The notes under the pieces were generated by a model. That model saw only the letters and a program-made list of their open reading frames with translations, was not told where the DNA came from and ran no database searches. Below are positions 44,127 through 54,569 of a DNA stretch of 64,000 nucleotides, one piece after another. The stretch spans positions 1 to 64,000 of the IMG/VR virus record IMGVR_UViG_3300021255_001866; one strand, 5' to 3'. Position 1 is the stretch's first letter; every line of letters starts with the position of its first letter. The translations under genes and the position numbers were made by a program. This DNA comes from a virus. Lineage: Duplodnaviria; Caudoviricetes.

Positions 44127-44474
44127 AGTAAAAATTTGATTTTTTCTGAATTTTAGTGTATACTATATATAGAAAATGAGAAAGGGGGATAAATAAAATG
44201 TACGATGATTTTGATACCATGCAGCAAATTGAAGAAATTATTCCCGATGAATATGATGATTGGTGTCGTTGGGTATATGGTGGTGCTTATCGAGAAGAAG
44301 AAGATTAAATGAAAGAATTTTTATTTAAAGTTTCAACTTATCATTATGTTGCTGCTGAAAATCTTGATGAAGCATATGAGAAATTAGAAACAGAAATTAT
44401 AAACGAATATGATCATGTTGTAGATGTTGAAACACTTGATGAATATGAACTATAAGATTTAAAATAAGACATAT

Positions 44475-44545
44475 ATTGGTTTGGTGTAGTGGAGATGCAC
44501 GGCCTTCGCAAAGGGCAGGGATTAGTTCGATTCTAATAACTGATA
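44475..44545 (+). tRNA. degenerate tRNA-like gene (GCA/Cys-like loop, no encoded CCA)
   Basis: Acceptor ATTGGTT/AACTGAT, T arm ATTAG-TTCGATT-CTAAT, non-canonical anticodon arm. Confidence 0.4.
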
Positions 44546-44749
44546 AAAATCCTGAGTCACAAGGAAGTAAAAGATATGTAGACGGTCGCTAGTGTGTAGA
44601 ATTCTAGATGCGGTGTCACAAGCATAAATACCACACAACGAATTGATGGTTGTTTTAAGTAGTTTTTCTTCCTCGATATGAAAAAGGTCAAAGTTTAAGC
44701 GGCCAGCAACTGTCGCTATAAAAATAAGTTAATAAGCCAAAGATGAAGT

Positions 44750-44820
44750 AAGATGTTGGTTCGAATCCAATTCTGCCGAAAAGTGGCAGGTAGTTTAATT
44801 GGTAAAACGGCGAAGAATCT
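44750..44820 (+). ncRNA. circularly permuted tRNA-like module (YrlA-like)
   Basis: Order is T arm (GTTGG-TTCGAAT-CCAAT), loop-closed acceptor stem (TCTGCCG-AAAAG-TGGCAGG), D arm (GTTT-AATTGGTA-AAAC). Confidence 0.7.
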
Positions 44821-45197
44821 CAATTGGTGTCTCACACAATCCTTGTGGCGAGACAAGTGTGATAAGTCCAGTTACGGCGGTAGAGAAAGATACGCCACAT
44901 CTATGCTCTACTTAAAAGGACGTGTAGGGTACCTCCACGTTGGTGCGTCTGGACGGAATTAGGAGCGCAAACTAATAAACCGAGAACTAACACCCGAGAT
45001 AGTAAAAGCATAATATAGCGTAAAAGCTTATTCATTCCTCTTCAAGTATAGAAGGCGGATACATTATCCGATACAACAGTACCTGGACGTGCACATAGAA
45101 TTTCGGCCATAATCGAGATGGAGGGAGCCGTGGAAGCGAATGAAGCTATCGAATTGATGTACTGGGGTGACGGGCAGTATAATCACACCGTCAATAT

Positions 45198-45274
45198 GCT
45201 CGGTTCGAATAATAGGTCTAGTTCACGAGGCCTTCAATCTCGTAATAGAAGTTCGAGTCTCCTACCGAGTACCA
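45198..45274 (+). tRNA. tRNA-Glu(TTC), atypical (C33, T-stem mismatch)
   Basis: GCTCGGT/ACCGAGT-A-CCA; CGAGG-CCTTCAA-TCTCG. Confidence 0.65.
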
Positions 45275-45302
45275 TAAAATGGAAATATAAGGAAATAGAT
45301 AT

Positions 45303-45378
45303 GGCGGGTGGGAGGTTAGTATTTCAACCAGCCTCATAAGCTGGGTAAACCGACTGCAATTGTCGAGACCCGCAACCA
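45303..45378 (+). tRNA. tRNA-Met(CAT), 1:72 mismatch as in initiator tRNAs
   Basis: CCAGC-CTCATAA-GCTGG; ends ACCA; degenerate T loop TGCAATT. Confidence 0.8.
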
Positions 45379-45515
45379 GTTACCATTTATTTCAACTCCT
45401 TTCTTTGATAAGACTCACCTACGGGGAACCATCTCACTATTACTGACCAAAAGGTAATGGCGGCGGAGATGGCTGTGAGAAAATACGCTACCCTTTTTAT
45501 TTAATTGGTAATTTA

Positions 45516-45566
45516 AAAGGCACATGCAGCAATTTTAGTGGGTAATCGCAAACCTTTTCGTGTCTT
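45516..45566 (+). ncRNA. minimal stem+GCAGCAA RNA family member
   Basis: AAGGCACA-TGCAGCAA ... CGTGTCTT. Confidence 0.5.
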
Positions 45567-46339
45567 GTTTTTCTCTATATTCAAACGATGGCTTCTGAAT
45601 TCCGAGGTCCACCACTGCGTATCGAACGGTCAAAAAGCGCGGGAACTCCAGGGAAAGAACTCTGCGGATACGGGTTGTGCCGTGCAAGTTACCTCCTCAA
45701 GAGAAGGAAGACTATTTTCCTTAGTAGTCTTCCTTCTTTCTTTTTATTTTGACTTTTTAGAAAATTTTTGGTATAATATATATAGAAAATAAGAAAGGGA
45801 TAAATAAAATGAAGGTTTATTTGCTCATTCAAGACCAAGCTCTATGCGTACAAGGGTATGAAGTAGGCATAGAAAGCTATGTTTGCGGGGTATACTCCAC
45901 GCGTCAGAAAGCAGCTAAGGCAATGTACGAAAAAGACGATGACCCTTATGTGGATTATCACATTATTGAGAAAGAGGTCGTATAAATGACTCTTGTGGAT
46001 ATTAAAGATTTGAGGCTAAAAACTGGATGTTCTTTGGGGGATGCTCGCGAAGCAATTAAATATGCAGAAGAGCATGAAGAATGTACTCCTTTAGGATATT
46101 TAAAAGCTAAATACTTTGCTGTTAAAATTGAGCCTTTTGAGAGAAAAGTGAGGTTGTTTTCAAAATGAATTATGTTATAAGTGAAGAAAGGCTTAGAGAA
46201 CTTCTTGAGGAAGAGGCTCGTTATATTGCTCTTGAAAATGGTGGAGTAGATAATTGGGAGTGGTATGGTGCATCAATTCAAGAATATCTTAGTTTGTGTG
46301 AAGTAAATTCTATTTTTGAAATAGCAAAAGAAAGGATGA

Positions 46340-46657
46340 ATGAATTTGAAGCTCTGGATTGATGACGTGCGCCGGCCGCCTTCTACGGATTGGATTTGGA
46401 TTAAAACAGTTAAAATGGCTAAATCTGTTATTTGGTACTATGAGCATCAATATCAGGATGATACTATTACGATTGACCTTGATCATGATGCCGGCGACTT
46501 TACCAAGGACGGTGGCGACTATATTGAGATTCTGAATTGGCTTGAACGCGAAGGCATTGTTGATACTGGGTACTTTTTTCATATTCATTCTATGAATGTA
46601 GTTGGAGTTCAAAATATGCGCGCGATTATTCAGCGTAATGGATGGAGAGAGATCTAA
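46340..46657 (+). CDS. cyclic-phosphate-processing receiver-domain protein
   Basis: LWIDDVRRP..IDLDHD..IHSMN..G..NM pattern. Confidence 0.75.
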   Translation: MNLKLWIDDVRRPPSTDWIWIKTVKMAKSVIWYYEHQYQDDTITIDLDHDAGDFTKDGGDYIEILNWLEREGIVDTGYFFHIHSMNVVGVQNMRAIIQRNGWREI

Positions 46658-48274
46658 AGAGAACGCTTAATGTGTTCTCTTTTTATTTTATATTTGATTT
46701 TTTAGAAAATTTATGCTATAATGTATATAGAAAATAAGAAAGGGGATAATAAAATGGCTTGGGAAAAGATGGCACATTTGATTGAAGTAAATTATGGTGG
46801 TCATGTTGATTGGGATGAAGAGTTTTTTGAGTGTCCCGAGTGCGGTGAGCCTATCTATAAATGTGATTGGCAAGAAGAAGACTATTTTATGGGACATCCG
46901 TATTATGGTACATTTTATTGTCCGGTTTGTGAGAGTGTGATTGATTAAATGAAACATTATACAATTGAATTTGGTGAAGGGGCTTAAGTATGGCTGTGTA
47001 CTTTAAAGGCATGGAGATGCCGAAGCGTTGTAGTGAATGCTTTTTCGCAAAGCTAAGCCCGACAGGAGAAAGCCTTATCTGTGACCGTATATTATCAAAA
47101 GTCCCATGGGATGAAAGGCCGTTTGATTGTCCTTTCAGCGAAGTTCAAGAACCACATGGGCGGCTGATTGATGCAGATGCACTACCAATAAGTACGGCTG
47201 TATCACTTGATGGGAAGCCCTATCAATATGTTCACATCGATAATATTAAAGCTGCTCCAACTATTATTTCAGCAAGTAAAGAGGGCGAGTGATGGAGCAG
47301 TTTTGTGGATGCTGGATGACTTATCCTAGATGCAAGGAAGATTGCTATTGGTATGAAGAATGGCAAGACATGGGAGCTCACATTCCATACTGTCGGTGTA
47401 AGAAAAGTGATTTTATTGAGCCAAAAGATTGTGAGAATTGTGAGCAATATCACAGCAAGTACAAACCTACAAACGCCGACCGCATCCGCGCCATGAGCGA
47501 CGAGGAACTGGCTGGGTGGCTTGCAGATCATCCCGTAGTTTCGGAGTATGACGAAAACAATCCGCAACATAAAGCGTGGCTCGACTGGCTGAAAGAGGAG
47601 GCTGAGTAATGACTAATGCCGACAAGATCAAGCAAATGAGCTTCGTTGAACTTACACAATTCCTTGCAGAAAATTTCGATTGCGAATGTTGCCCTGCGAA
47701 AGTCGGGGATGATTGCCAATACTGTCTGCAAGCAGTTGCAGATTGGCTAAAGCAAGAAATAGATTAAATTTTAAGGAGGGCTGCGGCGTGTCTCGTTCAT
47801 ATAAAAAGCATCCATATTGTACTGATGGTCATCGCCGCAGTACGAAGGAAACAAAACAGATTGCTAATCGTTGCGTGCGCCGCCGCAACAAACGGATAAC
47901 TCTTGGATATTTAACAAGAGAATCACGGTATAGAGACATTTTAACTCTTGATGGTATGTCATATAAGAAATTTTGGTGTTCTTGGGATATTCATGATTAT
48001 ATTAGTCGTTGGACTAAAGCAGAAGCAATCCATGAATGGGAGCATCCACATTGGCAATATTGGGAATATAGAGATGAATGGTGGCATACTTGGGAAGAAT
48101 ATAAGACAAAAGAAGAAATGGAACAGTATTGGGCTAAGTGGTATAGGAGAAAGTAATGAAATTTGTATCTGATATAAAATATTGTCCAAAATGTGGTAGG
48201 CCTATGCATTTTACTAATATTGGTACTTTTTATTATTGGATTTGTTTTATATGTATGGTGGAAGAGGATGAAAA

Positions 48275-48835
48275 ATGATTGAAGGGCTTTATAAATGTTT
48301 TGAACATTGGCATAGAGAGGGTACGGTTTGGCTTTACAGTGACACCCATTTTAATGAAGATAGCGATATTCGTGTGGCATTTCCAAATCGCCCTTCTGCC
48401 GAAGAACAAATCAAACTAATTAATTCTAAGGTCGGCCGCAAGGATCATCTAATTCTTCTTGGAGATGTTGGAGACATTGAGTGCGCGCGAAAGCTCAGAG
48501 GACATAAGATTCTTATTAAGGGGAACCATGATAGTGGTCTTTCTAATTATGAAGATGTATTTGAAGAAGTATATGGCGGCCCGCTCATGATTGGAGAACG
48601 TATTATTTTGTCTCATGAGCCGCTGGCCATTAGCTGGGCTTTTAATATTCATGGGCATACTCATATGAGTACCTTTGATCGCCCTGGTCATCTTTGTGTA
48701 TGTAGTGATGTAATTCATTATATGCCTGTAAACTTTAATCAGTTTGTAAAGAGCGGCCGGCTCAAAGAAGTTATGTCACTGCATCGTTCTACGATTGATA
48801 AAGCAACAGAAAGAAAGCAGAAAAGGAGTAAGTAA
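48275..48835 (+). CDS. calcineurin-like metallophosphoesterase
   Basis: SDTHF, LGDVG, KGNHD, LSHEP, IHGHTH. Confidence 0.88.
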   Translation: MIEGLYKCFEHWHREGTVWLYSDTHFNEDSDIRVAFPNRPSAEEQIKLINSKVGRKDHLILLGDVGDIECARKLRGHKILIKGNHDSGLSNYEDVFEEVYGGPLMIGERIILSHEPLAISWAFNIHGHTHMSTFDRPGHLCVCSDVIHYMPVNFNQFVKSGRLKEVMSLHRSTIDKATERKQKRSK

Positions 48836-48836
48836 T

Positions 48837-49607
48837 ATGGAACAAAGAATTGTGCGCCCAAATATGGCAGAACATTATTTTTTTTATAATATGAGTTTTC
48901 CTCCTTATCGGCAATTTATGCTAGTACCCGTCGGTAGTTGGAATTATAATTGTGCAGATGAACATAGTGATGTAGATACTAAAGCAATCTTTGTTCCTTC
49001 TATTTATAATGTGATTGAAGATAAATGTGAATCATATACTCATTTTCTTCAAAATGAAGAACATATTAGTTGCCATGATATTCGCAATTATATGAAAAGT
49101 CTTGTTAAAGGGAATCCACAGTTTTTGGAAACTCTTTTTTCTAAATGGGGAGATTTAAATACTGGGTATTATGGAGAAGAAATTCACAATTTAATGTATA
49201 TACGTGAAGATATTGCACGTTGTAATCCAAATAATACTATGCGTGCACTTCTTGGTATGGCTGACCGCAACTATAAACTTTGTATGTCGCGGAGTGAAGA
49301 AGATCATCTTGGTAAATGGGTTTATCAACTTGTGCGCATTGAAGAGTGTATGAATAAGTATTGCCAAGGTAGAAGTTTTGAAGAATGTCTTCATACGGAT
49401 AAACGTGATTTTTTACTTTCGTTAAAAAATAATGAATATAATAAAGAAGTATTAACTGCTAATGCAGAAGCTTTTATTATGCTTTGTCATAGTCATTATG
49501 ATAGTTTTATCTTTATGAATAATAAAGAAGATAAATGGACTCAATATAAAGTAGAACAAATTGTAATGCAAGTGATGCGGAAATCCATTGAAAAATTTGA
49601 TAAGTAA
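48837..49607 (+). CDS. Pol-beta-type nucleotidyltransferase (RlaP-like)
   Basis: GSWNY..SDVDTK..LVKGNPQFLETLF. Confidence 0.75.
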   Translation: MEQRIVRPNMAEHYFFYNMSFPPYRQFMLVPVGSWNYNCADEHSDVDTKAIFVPSIYNVIEDKCESYTHFLQNEEHISCHDIRNYMKSLVKGNPQFLETLFSKWGDLNTGYYGEEIHNLMYIREDIARCNPNNTMRALLGMADRNYKLCMSRSEEDHLGKWVYQLVRIEECMNKYCQGRSFEECLHTDKRDFLLSLKNNEYNKEVLTANAEAFIMLCHSHYDSFIFMNNKEDKWTQYKVEQIVMQVMRKSIEKFDK

Positions 49608-49862
49608 GTAATTTTATAGTATAATATATATAGAAAATAAGAAAGGGAGTAATAATAATGGAAAGAATGTTTTGCAAAGATGCTAATGCAATTGTTGCAG
49701 TTTATAAATTTGATATGGCATCTGGCATGGCTCTTATTTACAATCCTTGGCTTGCTGAAAAACAGAATGGCAATGGATGGAAACAAGTGAAAATTTCTAA
49801 ACTTATTCCTTTTGATCTTGAAAAAGAAGAGCTTCCTGAAAAATTTAGAAAGGAGTAATTAA

Positions 49863-51077
49863 ATGCTTAATAAGGATAATCAGAGAGAACTTTGTTATGT
49901 AGTGACTATTGATGAAATTCGTCCTATTCCTAATTATGATCGTGTCGAGCATGCTCGTGTTGGTGGTTGGTGGGTGATTGTTCAGAAGGGTCAGTTTAAC
50001 GTTGGCGATCCCGCGATTTATTTTGAGATTGACTCCAAGGTTCCGTCTGATAAGGAATGTTTTGCATTTCTTGAGAAGCGGAACTATAAGGTAAAAACGC
50101 TTCGTATGTGTAAGGTTATAAGCCAAGGGCTTCTTATGCACGCTGAAGATTTCGAATGGACTATTAATGAGTGGGGCGATGCGATTGTTGATGAAAAAGG
50201 CGATCGTCATTATCCCATAGATGAGTCTCGTTTCCTTACCGAAAAACTTGGTGTAACTTATGCTGACGACGAAGATAATAAACGCAAAGCTCCTTCTGTA
50301 GATAAGTATAAAAAGATGGCTCAGCGGCATCCTAATATCTTTAAGAAGAAGTGGGCGCGCTGGCTGATGAAGCGTGAGTGGGGCCGGAAGTTGATGTTTG
50401 TATTCTTCGGTAAGAAGAAAGACAAAAAGAACGGCTGGCCTAGTTATATTGCACAAAAAACTGATGTTGAGAGAATCCAGAATTGTATATTTTTACTAAA
50501 AGATAAACAGCCTTATGTCGCCAGCGAAAAAGTCGACGGATCGAGCTTCTCCGCTATGGCTGAACGTGGAAAATTTAATAAGATTAAATATTATGTCTGT
50601 TCTCGTAATGTAGTCTTTGATACTCCTGATGCTCCTTGCTTCTATGATAGTAATATTTATTTTGAAGCTTGGAATAAGTATAATCTGAAAGAAATTATTA
50701 CCAATATTCTTAATGATTATAATCTTCCTAATGTTGCTATTCAAGCAGAGATTTATGGTGATGGAATTCAGAAGCGCAATTATTCTCTTCATAATGGAGA
50801 GCATCATATGGCAGTATTTCATATTGTTTCTAATGGTGTAAAGTTCCCTATGGATAAAACTGTAGAGATCTGTGAGAAATATGGACTTCCTCATGTTCCT
50901 ATTGTAGATGACAATTATATTCTTCCTGATACTATTGATGAACTTCAGACATATGTTGAAAACGCGCAGTCAATGATTGATGGAAAACCGCGCGAAGGCA
51001 TTGTTTTTTATGATAAGGAAACTGGTCAGCAATACTTTAAGTTTGTGTCTCCAGATTTTCTTCTTAAATTTCATTAA
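49863..51077 (+). CDS. ATP-dependent RNA ligase (Rnl2/DRB0094-like, N-terminal OB domain)
   Basis: EKVDGSS, QAEIYG, F..V, REGIV, FKFV. Confidence 0.88.
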   Translation: MLNKDNQRELCYVVTIDEIRPIPNYDRVEHARVGGWWVIVQKGQFNVGDPAIYFEIDSKVPSDKECFAFLEKRNYKVKTLRMCKVISQGLLMHAEDFEWTINEWGDAIVDEKGDRHYPIDESRFLTEKLGVTYADDEDNKRKAPSVDKYKKMAQRHPNIFKKKWARWLMKREWGRKLMFVFFGKKKDKKNGWPSYIAQKTDVERIQNCIFLLKDKQPYVASEKVDGSSFSAMAERGKFNKIKYYVCSRNVVFDTPDAPCFYDSNIYFEAWNKYNLKEIITNILNDYNLPNVAIQAEIYGDGIQKRNYSLHNGEHHMAVFHIVSNGVKFPMDKTVEICEKYGLPHVPIVDDNYILPDTIDELQTYVENAQSMIDGKPREGIVFYDKETGQQYFKFVSPDFLLKFH

Positions 51078-51151
51078 TTTTCTATACTCTCTTAATCCAA
51101 AGATTACTTTATTTGGAAGATTAAGAGAGTATTTAAAATGGAGAGAAAATT

Positions 51152-51880
51152 ATGGGAAGTTTTATTGATTTAACTGGGAAAAATTTTGGTAGACTAACTG
51201 TAATAGAACGAATATATAAAAAAGGCAATGAATGGTATTGGAAGTGTTAGTGTTAGTGTGGAAATATATGTGAAGTTAGAGGAGTATCATTAAGAGAAGG
51301 TGCAACAAAATCATGTGGATGCCTAAAGAAAGAAAAAGACAGATAGCCGAAAGGAAATGTAAAAGATGAAATTGGTAATAAATATGGACATTTAACTGTT
51401 ATTGCACGCGCTGGAAGTAGTGGTGGACAAGCAATTTGGGAATGCGAATGTGATTGTGATGCAAAAACTCATATATTTGTATTAGGTAATAATTTAAGGC
51501 GTGGTCATACTCAATCATGCGGATGTGATAGACGTTCTCACGGAGAAAAGAAAGTAGAACAGTTATTGAAAGAAAATAATATTTCTTATATCCAAGAGTA
51601 TAAAGCTTTTAAATTCTCATCAGGAATGTGGGCAAGATTTGATTTTTATGTAAATGATCAATATATTATAGAATATGATGGGGAAACACATTATCAAAGT
51701 AATAAACATGGTTGGCATAATGAAGAGCATTTATAGAAAACACAAGAACGTGATATAATTAAAAATCAATGGTGTAAGGATAATAATATTCCATTAATTA
51801 GAATTCCTTACACTCACTTTGATGAATTATGTATAGATGATTTAATATTGGGGACTAGTAAGTTTGTGGTAAATGGGTAA
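51152..51880 (+). CDS. endonuclease with two DLTG..FG.LTV/CxCxC repeats and a DUF559-like domain (TAG=Gln)
   Basis: WKC[TAG]C[TAG]CGN; RFDFY..IEYDG..H..RD.IKN.WC..LIRIPY; exact 243-codon frame. Confidence 0.82.
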
Positions 51881-52219
51881 TTATCAGATATTCTGCGGTT
51901 GTTTCTGGATTGGAATAGTCATAATGGCAATTGTATATAAGGATGGAGAAAAGTAATTTGACTTTTCTCCATTTTTATATTATAATATATATAGAAAGTA
52001 TGAAAGGGGATCTATAAAATGACCGTTTATGAAAAGATTGATCGTGTTCTGAAACAGCATGAAAGCTATAAGTATTGTGAGCGATCATTGGATTCTATTG
52101 CTGACTATATTGACTGGGCATGGAAGTGGCGAAAAATTAGTAGAGAAGAAATGGAGAACGCTGCGGATAGAGTTTGTGAGTTGTATGCGCGAGAATTAAA
52201 GAAGGAAAGGATTTAAGAT

Positions 52220-52729
52220 TTGATGGATAATAAAACTCTTTGGATTATGTGCGGGCCGCCAGCTTCGGGGAAAAGTTTTTATGCCACTCATACGTTACAG
52301 TGCGGCGCTGGCTGGAGTTATGTTTCGCGTGATATAATTCGATTCTCTATTGTGGGAGAAGAAGAAGAATATTTTTCACATGAAAAAGAAGTGTTTGATA
52401 CTTTTGTTGAAAATATTGTAGCCAGGCTTAATACTGAAGGTATTTATAACGTTATTGCTGATGCTACTCATTTGAATTGGGTTTCTCGTAGAAAACTTAT
52501 TAAAGCAGTAGAATATTATCTTGGTTTTGGTTTTCGAGATTTGAATATTATCCCGGTCTTTATGAATACTCCTATTGAAGTAATTGAAGAAAGAAATTCA
52601 AAACGGACTGGCCGCGAACGCGTACCAAGTAAAGTGTTGAGAGACATGAATTTTAATTATGAAGATCCCAAAACTGATCCTTATAATTATAATGGAATAT
52701 TGTATGTAAATTATTATGGAAGTGTATAA
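52220..52729 (+). CDS. polynucleotide kinase-like P-loop kinase (AAA_33)
   Basis: CGPPASGKS, SRD, DATHL, R. Confidence 0.82.
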   Translation: MMDNKTLWIMCGPPASGKSFYATHTLQCGAGWSYVSRDIIRFSIVGEEEEYFSHEKEVFDTFVENIVARLNTEGIYNVIADATHLNWVSRRKLIKAVEYYLGFGFRDLNIIPVFMNTPIEVIEERNSKRTGRERVPSKVLRDMNFNYEDPKTDPYNYNGILYVNYYGSV

Positions 52730-53262
52730 TGATATATCTAACTTCTGATTTTCATTTTGGTCATGACCGCGAGTTTATTTATGGTCCACGTGGATATAGT
52801 AATATATATGAAGAAGCAGAAGATCTAATTCAGAAATTTAATAGTGTTGTAACGTGGGAAGATACAGTCTATATTCTTGGTGATTGTATGCTGAATAATG
52901 ATGAATTTGGACTAAAGTGTCTGCGACGGCTCAATGGATTTAAATATCTTATTGTAGGTAATCATGATACAATTGCACGAGTAATGAAGTACCAAGATAG
53001 TGGTATCTTTACGTCTATCGATTACGGCGGCCGCCTACATTATAATAACTGGACGTATCTACTTTCACATTATCCGCAGATCACAGAAAATTATCAAGAT
53101 CGTCATAAGGTTATAAGTCTTTGCGGCCATTCCCATACAAAAGATCCTTTTCTTCATTGGGATAATGGACTTATTTATCATGTTGAAGTAGATGCACATG
53201 ATGGCTACCCAGTAAGTATAGACCAAATTGAAAGTGATATACGGAAGAAACTTAATATTTGA
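52729..53262 (+). CDS. calcineurin-like metallophosphoesterase coupled to the kinase
   Basis: SDFHF, LGDC, GNHD, SHYP, GHSH. Confidence 0.88.
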   Translation: MIYLTSDFHFGHDREFIYGPRGYSNIYEEAEDLIQKFNSVVTWEDTVYILGDCMLNNDEFGLKCLRRLNGFKYLIVGNHDTIARVMKYQDSGIFTSIDYGGRLHYNNWTYLLSHYPQITENYQDRHKVISLCGHSHTKDPFLHWDNGLIYHVEVDAHDGYPVSIDQIESDIRKKLNI

Positions 53263-53318
53263 TTTTCTTTTAATTTTATAGTATAATATATATAGAAAAT
53301 GAGAAAGGAGAAAATCAA

Positions 53319-53795
53319 ATGTCTTTTAAGTCTGAAGTTGTACAGTGGCTGTGTGATAATGGATTTTCAAATCTTGGCGTTGAATTGAATAGTGATTTTT
53401 GTTATTCAACTGGTGAAGATATTGATTTTAATTATGTTGGTGAATGTGTAATTAAAGTTGGTATAGATCACTTTGATGAAATTGATAAGTGGTTTGAGCA
53501 GTTTCTGTATGAATATGGACTTGAATGGATGGATTTGGGACGAGTTCTTCCTTTTATTCATGAACTTGGACATCATAATACTGTCTATAATTTTAGTCAT
53601 CTTGAACGTCTGATGTTATATTATAGCAAATTTGGGATTTTCTTTAATGAAGGTGTGACTATTGAAGAAATGTTTAAGTATTGGGAAATGCCAGATGAAT
53701 TTGCAGCTAACGTATGGGCAGTAAATTTTATTAATAAGAATATTTCAGAAGTAGAGCGGCTGGTTAATATATTTTTGAAATATCAGATGATGTAA
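53319..53795 (+). CDS. HExxH-containing hypothetical protein
   Basis: FIHELGHH zincin-like motif. Confidence 0.55.
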   Translation: MSFKSEVVQWLCDNGFSNLGVELNSDFCYSTGEDIDFNYVGECVIKVGIDHFDEIDKWFEQFLYEYGLEWMDLGRVLPFIHELGHHNTVYNFSHLERLMLYYSKFGIFFNEGVTIEEMFKYWEMPDEFAANVWAVNFINKNISEVERLVNIFLKYQMM

Positions 53796-53807
53796 GGGGT
53801 GAAAAAG

Positions 53808-54179
53808 ATGTTGCGGGATAAGAGAAGTGTTACTAATCGTAAGAAGTATCAAAGAGAAGTAAATAAAGTTGTAAGGAAATGGAATCAGTCTATTAAGAAT
53901 GATTGGCTTTGGGCTGGCCGGTTTGTACTTCGTTAGCGCGCGGCATATTTTTGGCCCTTTGAAGATAAGAGTGGTGCAGAATTTAGCGTTTGGTTGGAAT
54001 TTACTGATACTAAAACGGGTGCGAAAGAGATTAAGAATTTTCACAATTATAATCTTGAGTGGCATCTTGGTGAATGGCTGAACCGTTGTATTATTGAGTA
54101 TTGGAAGGTATGGGACGAAAAGCCGAATCCGAATGAACAAGCGCGGGCGGCTGGCAGAAAACCAGAGGAGGTGTGGTAA
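53808..54179 (+). CDS. hypothetical protein (one TAG=Gln)
   Basis: ATG at 53808 is in frame with the 53994 ORF. Confidence 0.65.
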
Positions 54180-54569
54180 ATGGGTCTGGATAATGGTGTG
54201 ATTGTACGTGGTGTAAAACGTAAAGATTTACCGCGGTTTATTAAATATCCTTTTGAAAAAGATTATAACGATGGTGTAGAAGTATGTTATTGGCGGAAGT
54301 GCTGGGGACTCCGTAACTGGTTTTTACAATTTGCTTTTCCTAATAGGCCAGCAAATGAGTGGGAATTTAAATGTGGAGTGGAAGAAATTACTTATCTTTG
54401 GCGTATTGTTATCCATTATTTAAAGAATCCCGAAGATTGGGACAATTCAATTTGGGATTTCAACGAGATCAAATCAACCCTTAAAGAGCAGAAGTGGAAT
54501 CTTTTTTGGCTTAGAATCTGGATGAAACGACATCCAGATGTAGAGGTGATATTCTATGACAGCTATTAA
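54180..54569 (+). CDS. conserved phage protein (MGLD..YWRK..FYDSY family)
   Basis: Recognisable motif pattern; function unknown. Confidence 0.7.
   Translation: MGLDNGVIVRGVKRKDLPRFIKYPFEKDYNDGVEVCYWRKCWGLRNWFLQFAFPNRPANEWEFKCGVEEITYLWRIVIHYLKNPEDWDNSIWDFNEIKSTLKEQKWNLFWLRIWMKRHPDVEVIFYDSY

Noticed and set aside
44750-44820. Two-piece (permuted) tmRNA
   Set aside because: The module has a paired D stem, no G3:U70 and no CCA after the acceptor strand; a YrlA-like mimic fits better.
51340-51362. AGA TAG CCGAAAGG as a third bypass element
   Set aside because: The frame continues with TAG=Gln and no frameshift is needed.
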